A DNA stretch of 63,521 bases, filler included, from Pirum gemmata (Eukaryota): NCBI GenBank assembly GCA_002812295.1. It is 11 parts of 11 records of this genome, joined end to end, with 100 filler letters (N's around TTAATTAATTAA, not from the genome) between each part and the next. Parts side by side here need not be neighbours in the genome. Positions count along the whole stretch, not along the records: positions 1 to 5,779 come from PDIN01000430.1; positions 5,880 to 11,641 come from PDIN01000431.1; 9 more parts are not named here. One strand, 5' to 3'. The notes beneath the pieces were generated by a model that saw only the letters and a list, made by a program, of their open reading frames with translations, had not been told where the DNA came from and did no database searches. The position numbers were made by a program, and so were the translations under genes. This document shows, piece by piece, positions 1 through 10,458 of the stretch (its first letter is position 1; every line of letters begins with the position of its first letter).

Positions 1-1
1 T

Positions 2-130
2 TGGAACTGCATCAATCCAACTTGTTTCATATGTATTTAATAATTCAATCATATAATTTCTTATTTGTTTATGTCGGACCTCATTTGATCCTTGTGTTTG
101 TGGATGGTATGGTGAACATCTCTTTTGCGA
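2..130 (-). pseudogene. Retroviral-type (rve) integrase core fragment (Ty3/Gypsy, Ginger or Polinton-type)
   Basis: Manual translation SQKRCSPYHPQTQGSNEVRHKQIRNYMIELLNTYETSWIDAVP matches the integrase PYHPQxxGxxE...W...P motif carrying the catalytic Glu. It is cut upstream by a MITE-A end at 131 and runs off the window. Confidence 0.8.
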
Positions 131-173
131 TACTTGACTGGAAATTGACGTTACGTAGTATTTGAACGCTCCC
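131..173 (+). mobile_element. MITE family A, terminal fragment
   Basis: Ends in TATTTGAACGCTCCC followed by TTA, matching the full copy at 13354-13498. Confidence 0.75.
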
Positions 174-180
174 TTATTGA

Positions 181-383
181 TATTGCTTTTCCTATGCTTT
201 TCCTATGCTTTTGTCATCATACAATATACAATATAAATAGTACCAAATTAATACAATATAAATCCATTTAATTTAATTTGGTATATTTTATTATCTATTT
301 ATTTATTTTAAAATGTCTATTTAAATATATTATAACCCTCCAAATAAATATTCAGAGTGACCAAATAAATGAAAAGCACGATA
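181..383 (-). mobile_element. MITE family B copy (~185 bp)
   Basis: Ends TGAAAAGCACGATA; internal sequence shared with 31414-31602 and 44216-44402. Confidence 0.8.
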
Positions 384-489
384 GTCTATATAATAATTAT
401 TATAATAATTATTATAAATATTATTATTATGATATAGTCTAGAAGTGTATAATATTAAATATCATAACATAATAATATTAATTGTACGT

Positions 490-653
490 GTGCTTTTCAT
501 TTAGTTTGTCACTCTGAATATTTAATTGGATTGTTATAATATTCAAATTAATATTTTTATATCAATAAATAGATAATAAAATATACCAAATTAAATTAAA
601 TGGATTTATATTGTATTAATTTGGTCCAGTTTATTGTATATAAAAGCACTATA
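490..653 (+). mobile_element. MITE family B copy, inverted relative to 181-383
   Basis: GTGCTTTTCA...AAAAGCACTATA termini and the same internal sequence. Confidence 0.8.
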
Positions 654-705
654 GTCTAATAATATTATAAGACCACTACTAGTAGACTATGTAGAAGATA
701 AGAGA

Positions 706-868
706 AGAGCTTCAATAACACGTCATGTCAAGGGAGTTCAAGGGGTAGGTAAGTAGGTGTTATTCGACCAGAAACAAAACGTTGAGGGGTAGGTAGGTAG
801 GCCCTGGTAAGGGTATTTGAAGCTGCATTTGGCCGGAAATTGACGTTACGTAGTATTTGAACACTTCT
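706..868 (+). mobile_element. MITE family A, diverged full-length copy
   Basis: GGTAGGTAGGTAGG blocks, TATTTGAAGCTG and CCGGAAATTGACGTTACGTAGTATTTGAAC, as in other copies. Confidence 0.8.
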
Positions 869-961
869 TTTTTAGAACAGCTACGCTAAGGACGAACTGA
901 GTTGTTGATATAATTCTATAGACTACTAGACTAATAATAGACTAATTGGGGGGGGGGGGTC

Positions 962-1310
962 TATAGTGCTTTTCAGTAGGAGGGATGAGATGACGTCATC
1001 TTACCAATTGGATGCTCGGACCGGCGAACTTCCAGAAATTTGCCTAAAGTTACTATAAATAGTATAATAAAACAGGCGAACAACATTTACTTTGTGCCTC
1101 GGTCAAAAAAGTTCGCCATAAGAGTTCTCACCCCTCCTTTTTCAGTTGTTTTGTCATTATAAAGTATACAACAAATATTACCAAATTAATATAATATAAA
1201 TCCATTTAATCTAATTTGGTATATTTTGTTATCTTTATATTGATTTAAAAATGTCAATTTAAAGATTATAACCCTCCAAATAAATATTCGGAGTGAAAAA
1301 ATAAATGAAA
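962..1310 (-). mobile_element. MITE family B copy interrupted by a nested element
   Basis: TATAGTGCTTTTCAGT (962-977) resumes as TTTTCAGTTGTTTTGTCA at 1139. Confidence 0.8.
978..1138. mobile_element. hAT-like MITE (family J), 161 bp, 8-bp TSD
   Basis: TIRs AGGAGGGATGAGA / TCTCACCCCTCCT; TSD TTTTCAGT at 970-977 and 1139-1146; related copy at about 20493-20661. Confidence 0.75.
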
Positions 1311-1382
1311 TTATTTTGTTCTAAAGTTATTTTCAGCCTCACAACCATATTTGTAATGCTGTAAACTCAGCCGTACTGTTTG

Positions 1383-1476
1383 AGAGTGTTCAAATAATAC
1401 GTCACGTGACTCACGTCAAGGGGTAGGTAAGTAGGTGGTATTTGACCGGAAATTAACGTCGAGGGGTAGGTAGGTA
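1383..1476 (+). mobile_element. MITE family A, truncated copy
   Basis: GTGTTCAAATAATACGTCACG...GGGGTAGGTAGGTA. Confidence 0.75.
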
Positions 1477-1594
1477 TCTGATATCAATACTACTATCGTA
1501 GTTAGCTAGCTAGTAGTAATAAGACTGGAATCCTAATACAGTTGCCCTTTTTAATTAATTAAATAACCCTAAGTACAGCTGCTGTGCTCAGAAC

Positions 1595-1707
1595 TATTGT
1601 ATTGTATTGTATTGTATTGTATTGTATTGTATTGTATTGTATTGTATTGTATTGTATTGTATTGTATTGTATTGTATTGTATTGTATTGTATTGTATTGT
1701 ATTGTAT
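1595..1707. repeat. (ATTGT)n microsatellite abutting a scaffold gap (1708-1792)
   Basis: Perfect pentamer array. Confidence 0.98.
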
Positions 1708-2201
1708 NNNNNNNNNNNNNNNNNNNNNNNNNNNNNNNNNNNNNNNNNNNNNNNNNNNNNNNNNNNNNNNNNNNNNNNNNNNNNNNNNNNNNTTTTATTG
1801 TTTTTTTTTTTTTTGTTTGCTTTATGAGTGTTTTATTTTTTTTTTTTTTTCTTTATGATATATATGACATAGAAAAAACAAAAAACAAAATCGTGTATAT
1901 TTGGGTACTGTAGCAAGTACTAGAGCTAGCAACTGGGTAGGGACTGAATCAAAGAATCACTTTCTTTCTGGGGAGAGCCTTGACATTTTTTGATATTTTG
2001 CAAGGAGTTCAAGAACAACTGGCGATATTCATGAGTATAATATATTAAATACATGATAATCATCCAGCCTAACTACACAAATAAACTCCTTTATTATTAA
2101 TATATTATAATAATTCCTTGCTTTTTTTCGAAACCAATACTAAAAGAAAACTTTTTGTGTAAGAATTCCTGGAAAATTCACTACTATGATTATTACTTAA
2201 G

Positions 2202-2247
<46 letters not shown>

Positions 2248-2269
2248 TAAAAAAGAGAAGTAGGTTACA

Positions 2270-2870
2270 ATTATATAGTCAAAAAATAAAGTTGTAATTT
2301 GTTGATTTGTTTCATAATTATATACTTTGGTGTAAGTTTAATGATTTGATTGTCAGTTGGTTGTGACTTGTTGTACTTTTCATAATAAGACCATAGCATA
2401 TAGTCTATGATGAGTAATTGTTTGTTCTTTTGTTGTAGAAATATTTGTTTTTTAAAAAACCTGGTTCCTAGAATTATAGTTGACGTTGTTGTGGATATTG
2501 TTGGAGTTATCGTTGTGATATTTTTTTGATGTAGGTTAGCCATTAATATTCTAATCTGGCTCGTCTTACAGGTTTGTCTATATATGTTCAAAGATAGTTT
2601 GACTTCTGGTGGAAATTCTTTGGAACAATTAATATTGACATTGAAATGATTGAATAGGTTGGGGTTTTCTTTGCGTTAGTATCCATATATAATATGTGAC
2701 TTTTTAGTATTTTTGGTAGTTTTTTTGTATTGATTCTTCTATTTTCAATTATCTAGTCTCTTCCCATTAATTAATATTCATTTTGTTCTAAATTCCAAAA
2801 GGTTGTTTAGGTTGTTATCATTAAAGGTTTTAAATTTTGTTTTGAGATTTTCTTCTATGTGTTTTATACT
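2270..2870 (-). mobile_element. Degenerate interspersed repeat (family E), probable 3' remnant of a non-LTR retrotransposon
   Basis: Homologous to 13880-14165 and 32680-33340. A/C-rich sense strand with broken frames; an IFEHI...C-like motif recalls the L1/Tx1 ORF2 C-terminal zinc knuckle. All three copies end near the same point. Confidence 0.5.
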
Positions 2871-3064
2871 ATAATACAATTATTATTATATAAATAAATA
2901 ATCGATATTAATATCATAAAAAAGGCTACTCTAGCTAGTCTAACTAAGCTAGGTGGCTGTGGAAAATTTAGTGAAAACCCCCAACCCTAACTTTAGAACA
3001 TTGAACTATCAAATAGTATCATAATATTATGTAACCATGATCAAAGTACATCAATAACTTAGAG

Positions 3065-3243
3065 TTAGGGTTAGGGTTAGGGTTAGGGTTAGGGTTAGGG
3101 TTAGGGTTAGGGTTAGGGTTAGGGTTAGGGTTAGGGTTAGGGTTAGGGTTAGGGTTAGGGTTAGGGTTAGGGTTAGGGTTAGGGTTAGGGTTAGGGTTAG
3201 GGTTAGGTTAGGGGGTTAGGGTTAGGGTTTAATAGGGTTAGGG
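3065..3243 (+). repeat. Interstitial (TTAGGG)n telomere-type array
   Basis: More than 20 perfect hexamers then degenerate units, with non-telomeric sequence on both sides inside one scaffold. Confidence 0.95.
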
Positions 3244-3416
3244 TTTAATTGGACCAAACAACTGATAGTGAAAAATTTAATACTCTCTCAGTGAAAATAC
3301 TGTGAAAATGGAAAAAAATCACTAAAAAATCTAATAAGGGTGGGTGGCTACATTTTTCATTTCCGAAATAGGGTTTTTGATTGTTTACAAAAAAAGATTA
3401 TTATTTTTTTTTTTAA

Positions 3417-3670
3417 CTAGACTACCAAGCCAGAAAAAAATGGCGACATCGGCCATATGAGCTCAAATACCCAAAAAATCGCAAAAGGATCCAATTTTCA
3501 TAATGAAAGTACTAGTATGTTGAGAATCGTCTAACTAATACAACTCTATTATGAGCCAATGGCTAGTTTTTAAAAATAATTTGGCTAGTTATTAACTTAG
3601 CATTAAAGGTTTTTAGAAAAAAAGTCTAATAAAAAAAAAATGATTTCTACAGTTTTATCCGGCTTGGCTG
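3417..3670 (+). mobile_element. MITE family C, TTAA-flanked (piggyBac-like)
   Basis: TTAA at 3413-3416 and 3671-3674; imperfect TIR CTACCAAGCCAGA / TCCGGCTTGGCTG; other copies at 22333-22580 and 41998-42213. Confidence 0.75.
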
Positions 3671-3849
3671 TTAAAAAAAAAATAGATTATGCACAATACC
3701 TAGTGCAACAATACTCATAATATACTAAAAATTTATACATAATATTATTATTACATTTTTAAAATATGTGTTTGTATAGCTGTTTGTATCATTTCAAGGA
3801 CTCCAAATTCAACTTCAAAGTCTTTTTTTTTTTTTTGAAGTCCTTGATC

Positions 3850-3907
<58 letters not shown>

Positions 3908-5213
3908 AATTCCTTGATTATATTTTTTTTTTATTTATTTTTTTTTTTTTTTTTTTATTATTATTCTTTATTTAATTAAAATTTTAATACAAGAGTATAA
4001 TTATCAATATTATAATTATCAGATAATAATTATATTATAATAAATCACATTAATATTGATAATTGCAAGCTATATTTTACAAACTATTAAATTTGCTATT
4101 GAAAAGTAATACTGCAATAGATTTCGTTAACTACTTCGAATTCACTGACATTTATTATTTATCATATAAGAGTAGACTATATTTATAAGGCATTAAAAAT
4201 TTTTATAGAACTAGCAGGAAATATGGAAACTGTACGTCACAGTACGTGTACAAGGGTTGTGGCCAGAGAACATGTGGCTCAGTATATCATAATTATTATA
4301 GTATTATCTAAATTATTATAATACAGATTATACAGATAATACAGTACTTACTACTTAGTAGTCTATAAATTATTAATATTATATCATAATACATACCTAT
4401 ATAATAAAATAAATCTATAGATAAACTACAGTGGTGGTAATCTGGTCTACAATTCAACAAGACTACAATTTTATAAGTTCAAAATTTCTTGGAATAAATA
4501 TATTGCAATTTATGCGTATTTATTTATTATTATTAGAAATTAGCCCCAGACTTATTCTAATGATACTACAATAAACTATGATGTCGATATCACACCTAAG
4601 TAGCAGACTCCACTGGCAATCTCTAGCTAGTAGGTCTGCAGACAACGTAGGCTAGACACTGAGAGAGTTACTGCATAGAGGGTATCATAATCATAGTTAA
4701 CTATCGTTTGAATTATCGATAGAAACAATGGAAAACCTCTATTAGCTAGCTAGCATGAGTCTAGCATGTATACAGTATAATTATATAGCATATATTATAA
4801 TTATATATTATATATTATATTATATATCATATTTTGTTTTTTTGTTTTTTTGTTTTTTACCCCAGTCTACATACCGGTATACAAGATTTGTATAAATCCA
4901 AGAATCCCTAAGTCCTTGGTTCTTGATAAATCATTTATTTATTTATTTATTATAATATGATATTATAACCAGCTGATTATAACTGATATTATGATATTAT
5001 TATCGAGATATTATTTATTTATGATAATAATATATTATAATAATATTATTATATAAATAGTCTATGATAATTTATTATAATAAAATTAAATAGTCTAATA
5101 ATAATATTTTATTTATAATATTATTCAAAAATCAGTTCAAAAAATATGTATTTGTTAATTTTGGTTACCATATATAGACTATTATAAAAAAATATTCAGA
5201 GCTAATATTTTTA

Positions 5214-5372
5214 GGGAACATTCATTATTAAATGACGTCTTCACTTTTTGAAATTATCTTTTCTAGATTGCCATTTTAATGGCTTATATGGGAATCTGAA
5301 AGAATTTTCAGAAGGTGGTAGAAGGAGGGAGGGTCTGTGGTGTTTATGATGACGTCATTAATGAATGTTAAC
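5214..5372. mobile_element. MITE family I (Harbinger/Tourist-like)
   Basis: TIR GGGAACATTCATTA..TGACGTC / GACGTCATTAATGAATGTT; second copy at 30383-30485. Confidence 0.6.
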
Positions 5373-5677
5373 TTGTAATAATAGTATTATTATAATAATA
5401 ATAATCTCTAGCTTAGTAGTAGTAGTAATAAATTAATAATGGCGGAACATTCGGCAATTTTCTATATATACCGGCATGTATATATAATGTAAGCCCAAAT
5501 CTGGAATATAATCCATTATGGGTATAATATGACAAGATAATAAAGAAATTAAAGCTAATTAAAGCTTTAAAATATTTTTATTATTAATAAATAGGAACAT
5601 TGAGATTACTTTGTTATTGATTCTTTTGATTTTACCCTTAGTTAGTTAAAAGCCCTAACCCTTAGTTTTTTTAAAAA

Positions 5678-5779
5678 CCCTAACCCTAACCCTAATCCTA
5701 ACCCTAACCCTAACACTAAATAATAATAATAATAATATAATAACACTAACACTAACACTAACACTAACACTAAATAATA
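5678..5779 (-). repeat. CCCTAA array grading into CACTAA at a scaffold end
   Basis: Seen directly. Confidence 0.9.
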
Positions 5780-5879
5780 NNNNNNNNNNNNNNNNNNNNN
5801 NNNNNNNNNNNNNNNNNNNNNNNTTAATTAATTAANNNNNNNNNNNNNNNNNNNNNNNNNNNNNNNNNNNNNNNNNNNN
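5780..5879. other. Artificial scaffold linker (also at 11642, 17553, 23439, 29036, 34945, 40841, 46758, 52649, 58574)
   Basis: 44 N + TTAATTAATTAA (stop codons in all six frames) + 44 N, identical ten times. Confidence 0.97.
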
Positions 5880-6096
5880 AACCCTAACCCTAACCCTAAC
5901 CCTAACCCTAATACTACATATACTATACTAACCAAACCTTAACCCCTTTTTCTTGTTTAAGTTCCGTCCTGCTGCTTGGAATGATTTTGAACGTCTGTAA
6001 ATCATGTCTTCAAAAGTACAAGGAACTGATTTTCAGAGGTTTAAGAGGGGGAGTATGATCCTGACCCTCAACAACGGTTTCACAACGGTTCCACAA

Positions 6097-6321
6097 GGAG
6101 ATATAGGTAAACATAATCGAATCAAACAGCTCGATCCCAATTATTAAATAGGGACAATTTTGAAATGAAATTCTTGTTTTTTCTATGAGTTTTTTAAAAA
6201 ATATCTAAAAAGTTTTAACAATTTTTTAATGAAATCAAAAGTGAGTCCATGCTTAAAATTAGATCGAAAAATTTCGAAAGTTTCTAACTAGTCTCTATTC
6301 GATGGTTTTTCCCGTATCTCC
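6097..6321. mobile_element. MITE family F, 225 bp, 3-bp TSD (PIF/Harbinger-like)
   Basis: TIR GGAGATA...ATCGAAT / ATTCGAT...TATCTCC; TSD CAA at 6094-6096 and 6322-6324; second copy at about 21527-21740. Confidence 0.75.
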
Positions 6322-6479
6322 CAACGGTTCCACAACGGTTCCACAACGGGTCCACAACGGGTCTGGTTCTGGGATAGTTTCCGAAACGTTTTCAAAATGG
6401 CTAGGCTATACTTTTAGTAAGTCGATAATACATTATTATGATGACTATTAGTTGTAGTGTAGTAGTAATATTTAGAAGT

Positions 6480-6552
6480 AGTTAATAGTAGTAGTAGTAT
6501 TATTAGTATTAGTATTAATAGTAGTATTAGTAACAGTAGTAGTAGTAGTAGC

Positions 6553-6587
<35 letters not shown>

Positions 6588-7142
6588 CATTATTATTAGT
6601 ATTAGTATTAGTATTAGTATTAGTATTAGTATTAGTATTAGTATTATTATTAGTATTAGTATTAGTATTAGTATTAGTCGAATATTAGTATTAGTATTAA
6701 TGTTAATGTTAATATTAATATTATTATTATTAGTATTAGTTTTAGTATTAGTATTAGTATCAATATTGGTATTAGTTTTAGTATCAATATTAGTATTAGC
6801 ATTAATATTAGTTTTACTATTAATATTAATACTAGTAGTATTAGTTTTAGTATTAGTATTAGTATCAATATTAGTATTAGCATTAATATTAGTTTTACCA
6901 ATATATCAATACTAGTATTAATATTAATATTAATGTTAATATTAATATCATTAGTATTAGTATTAGTATTACTATTGGTATTAGTATTAGTATTTGTGTT
7001 AGTGGTGTTAGTGTTAGTGATAGTATTAGTATTAGTATTAGTATTAGTATTAGTATTAGTATTAGTATTAGTATTAGTATTAGTATTAGTATTAGTATTA
7101 GTATTAGTATTAGTGTTAGTGATAGTATTAGTNTAGTAGTAT

Positions 7143-7183
<41 letters not shown>

Positions 7184-7190
7184 ATAGTAA

Positions 7191-7222
<32 letters not shown>

Positions 7223-7310
7223 TTAGTATTAGTATTAGTATTAGTATTAGTATTAGTATTAGTATTAGTATTAGTATTAGTATTAGTAATAATATTAGTA
7301 TTAGTATGAG
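6480..7310. repeat. (TAG)n / (TTAGTA)n microsatellite field; another at 7697-7886
   Basis: Seen directly; source of spurious LVLVLV/ILILIL ORFs. Confidence 0.95.
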
Positions 7311-7489
7311 TATGAGTGTGAGTGTTGGTGTTGTGTCTTTAACGTTTGTGTTTATTAATCAAGTTAAAGGAATGAAATAATACACGTTTTTTAAACTTGT
7401 ATTGATCAGGTTAGGTTTTTTATTAAAGTAAATAGAGCCGGAAACCGTTGTAACACGAACTTGTTTATTTTTTGCTTGTTCTTTTTTAT

Positions 7490-7670
7490 TATAGTACTTT
7501 TCATTTGTTTTGTCATAAAAATATACACAATAAAAAATACCAAAATAACCAATATATAAATTTATTTGATACAATTTAAATAATTTGGTATGATTTATTA
7601 TTTATTTTTTTGAGTTAAAATAATCACGTTTATGTTTTAAAAGTACCATATAAAAATGAAAAGCAGGATA
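7490..7670 (-). mobile_element. MITE family B, old diverged copy
   Basis: TATAGTACTTTTCA...TGAAAAGCAGGATA termini with recognisable internal blocks. Confidence 0.65.
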
Positions 7671-7727
7671 AACAAGAATCAAAATAAATAATATATAGTA
7701 TTAGTATTAGTATTAGTATTGGTATTG

Positions 7728-7762
<35 letters not shown>

Positions 7763-8469
7763 AGTATTAGTATTAGTATTAGTATTAGTATTAGTATTAG
7801 TAGTAGTATTAGTATTAATATTAGTATTAGTATTAATATTAGTATTAGTATTAGTATTAGTATTAGTATTAGTATTAGTATTAGTAACAAATAATATATA
7901 ATTAATTAAACATCCGTAGTTTTGCTGAAACACTTAAAATAATTAGGTAAATGATTAATAAGTGATTTAAAATTTTATTTTTAATAATAAGTTACAATAA
8001 TTATACAACGCAATCATTTTTAAATACAATAGTTTAATAGCAATTATGTTATCAATACATTAATTTAATAATACAATATTAATTAAAACCAAAAGTAAAG
8101 GAACAAAGTGTTAAATATGAAGAAATGAAAGGTAAATAGAAATTAAACAAACTTGCTTTAGATTAATTAATTGAAAGTAAATTATTAATATTATTATTAA
8201 TAATAAAATAATACTAATAATAATAATAATAATGTTAATAATATCAATAATAAAATGATAATAATGTTAATAATATCAATAATAATAATAATAATACATT
8301 TCAACTAAAATAATAATTAATATTATTATTGATATTATACCAATTCAATTTTTTTTAAATATATATATATTAAAAATACAATGGTAAACAATAATAAAAT
8401 ATAATGAATGAATTTTTATTTCACTTATTATTAACATTTTGTTAAATAATTATTTTTTAAGTAACAAGG

Positions 8470-8970
8470 TACGATTTGTAAAAATTTTAATATTGTTGGT
8501 GTATAAATAAATATTAAAGAGGAAGAAAAAAACTTTGAAATTCATCAATTGGCTTTGAAAATAACAAATTTAAAAAAACATGGACACGATAAAACCAGGA
8601 AACAAGGTTAATACCGGTACTAATGCTAATACCGGTACTAATGCTAATACCGGTACTAATGCTAATACCGGTACTAACGCTAATACCGGTACTAATGCTA
8701 ATACCGGTACTAACGCTAATACGATTTGTAAAAATTTTAATATTGTTGGTGTATAAATAAATATTAAAGAGGAAGAAAAAAACTTTGAAATTCATCAATT
8801 GGCTTTGAAAATAACAAATTTAAAAAAACATGGACACGATAAAACCAGGAAACAAGGTTAATACCGGTACTAATGCTAATACCGGTACTAATGCTAATAC
8901 CGGTACTAATGCTAATACCGGTACTAACGCTAATACCGGTACCAATGCTAATACCGGTACTAATACTAAT
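8470..8970 (+). repeat. 250-bp direct tandem duplication containing an 18-bp minisatellite (AATACCGGTACTAATGCT)
   Basis: 8470-8719 recurs from 8720. Confidence 0.92.
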
Positions 8971-9075
8971 ACCGGTAATGGTACTAATACCATTAATGGT
9001 ACAACCCATACAGTTTCATATTTTGGGTTATGTGTTAATGCCATTCTTTTATTAGCTATTGGAAAAGCTTTTTAA
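8830..9075 (+). CDS. Small ORF or terminal exon with NTGTNA repeats and a hydrophobic C-terminus resembling a GPI signal; possibly pseudogenic
   Basis: Ends THTVSYFGLCVNAILLLAIGKAF*. Candidate upstream micro-exons (about 7920-7946 and 8101-8131) end in AG|GTAAAT, but no intact frame could be built. Confidence 0.35.
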   Translation: MDTIKPGNKVNTGTNANTGTNANTGTNANTGTNANTGTNANTGTNTNTGNGTNTINGTTHTVSYFGLCVNAILLLAIGKAF

Positions 9076-9180
9076 TTGAAAAAATACATTATCTATTATT
9101 AAATAATTACTTAACGTTTAAATTATATAAAATAAAATATACATTGTGATATTAATATTGATTATTGAATATTAAAAAAA

Positions 9181-9282
9181 TATACATGATATTATACTAT
9201 ATTATATTATATCGATATTTTATACATGATATTATACTATATTATATTATATCGATATTTTATACATGATATTATACTATAT
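9181..9282. repeat. 40-bp tandem repeat, about 2.5 copies
   Basis: TATACATGATATTATACTATATTATATTATATCGATATTT repeated. Confidence 0.95.
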
Positions 9283-9509
9283 AAACAATAATTTATGACA
9301 AGATATCAACATTGATATAATATTATACATCGTATAAAATAAGCATTATAATATGGATACTTCTTTTGTTGGCCACTATATTATATAACTTTTTATATAT
9401 AATATATTAAAACAAAATGTATCAAATAACTTAACCTGTTAACCAAATTTAATGCTCTCAATTGAAATGTTATACAATATATATATAATTATATCATATA
9501 ATATCTATC

Positions 9510-9695
9510 CTATTTTAAGTCTTTGTATTTAGCAGATGCTATTATTTGGTGAAGCCTTCCCTTAAATGATTTCATGTAATTTCTTGCCATTTCATTTTGC
9601 TTTTCTTTATATTTCTCATCTGTATTCATTCTAATATGCTTAGTCAAGTATCTTTGTTCTTTGTAAGTTTTTCCACATTGACACGTAAAGTTCAT
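9510..9695 (-). pseudogene. Short C2H2-like zinc-finger ORF, possibly a truncated virus-like gene
   Basis: FTCQCGKTYKEQRYLTKHIR finger lacking the second His, then a basic helix. The frame reads DRY after the TAG stop, suggesting a premature stop. Confidence 0.45.
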
Positions 9696-10019
9696 TTATT
9701 ACTATATTTAGTGTCTTTAAATCATTATACCGGTATTAAATATTTCATATTTATATTACAATAGATTTTTTTCAATACTTTTTGCCTACTACTATTATAA
9801 AATGAATGAAGAAAATAGTGTAATGGAAAAAAACTATTCAAAAATAATACATTTTTCCCACAACAAAAAAAAGTATTATAAATATGTGTGTCAAAACGTA
9901 TTCAAAAAGTCTATTATTGTAATATGATTTCCAGAAGTTGTATTATACTACAATTTCCAGAAACTGTACTATAGTTATTAATTTAATACGTGTTTTTGTA
10001 GTAGGAATTTATAATAATT

Positions 10020-10180
10020 ACAAACAAAAAACAAAATTGATGTACCAAAAAAACAAAATTGATGTACCAAAAAAACAAAATTGATGTACCAAAAAAACTA
10101 AATTGATGTACCAAAAAAACAAAAAAACAAAAAAAACAAAATTGATGTATCAAAAAAACAAAAAACGAAAAACAAAAATG
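10020..10180. repeat. ~22-bp minisatellite CAAAATTGATGTACCAAAAAAA
   Basis: About six imperfect units. Confidence 0.9.
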
Positions 10181-10458
10181 ATGTACCAAAAAAACAAAAA
10201 ACAAAAAACAAAAAACAAAAAACAAAACACAAAAAATAAAAAACAAAAAACAAAATCGATATATGCGATGTAACAAAAAAACAAAAAAACAAAAAACAAA
10301 AAAACGACGTCGTATGCATGACACAGGGAATGGTTTACATAGAGAATGGTTTAGGACAAAGACAGGACACATATATATTATTAAAAAATATTAATATTAA
10401 TATTTTATTTTATAATTTATAATTTACAATTAGAATTATTATTATAATTTTTTTTTTT

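Noticed and set aside
1584..1913. ORFs such as YCIVL, LVLVLV, poly-F/K/C and LLFIVYC repeats here and throughout the window
   Set aside because: They are translations of microsatellites, homopolymers or N gaps, with no coding signal.
5824..5835. Recurrent TTAATTAATTAA as a biological repeat or CRISPR-like unit
   Set aside because: Always centred in 44+44 N; an artificial linker.
10020..10180. AAAATTGA (Mimivirus early promoter) copies
   Set aside because: Part of an A-rich minisatellite, and on the wrong strand for the nearby zinc-finger ORF.
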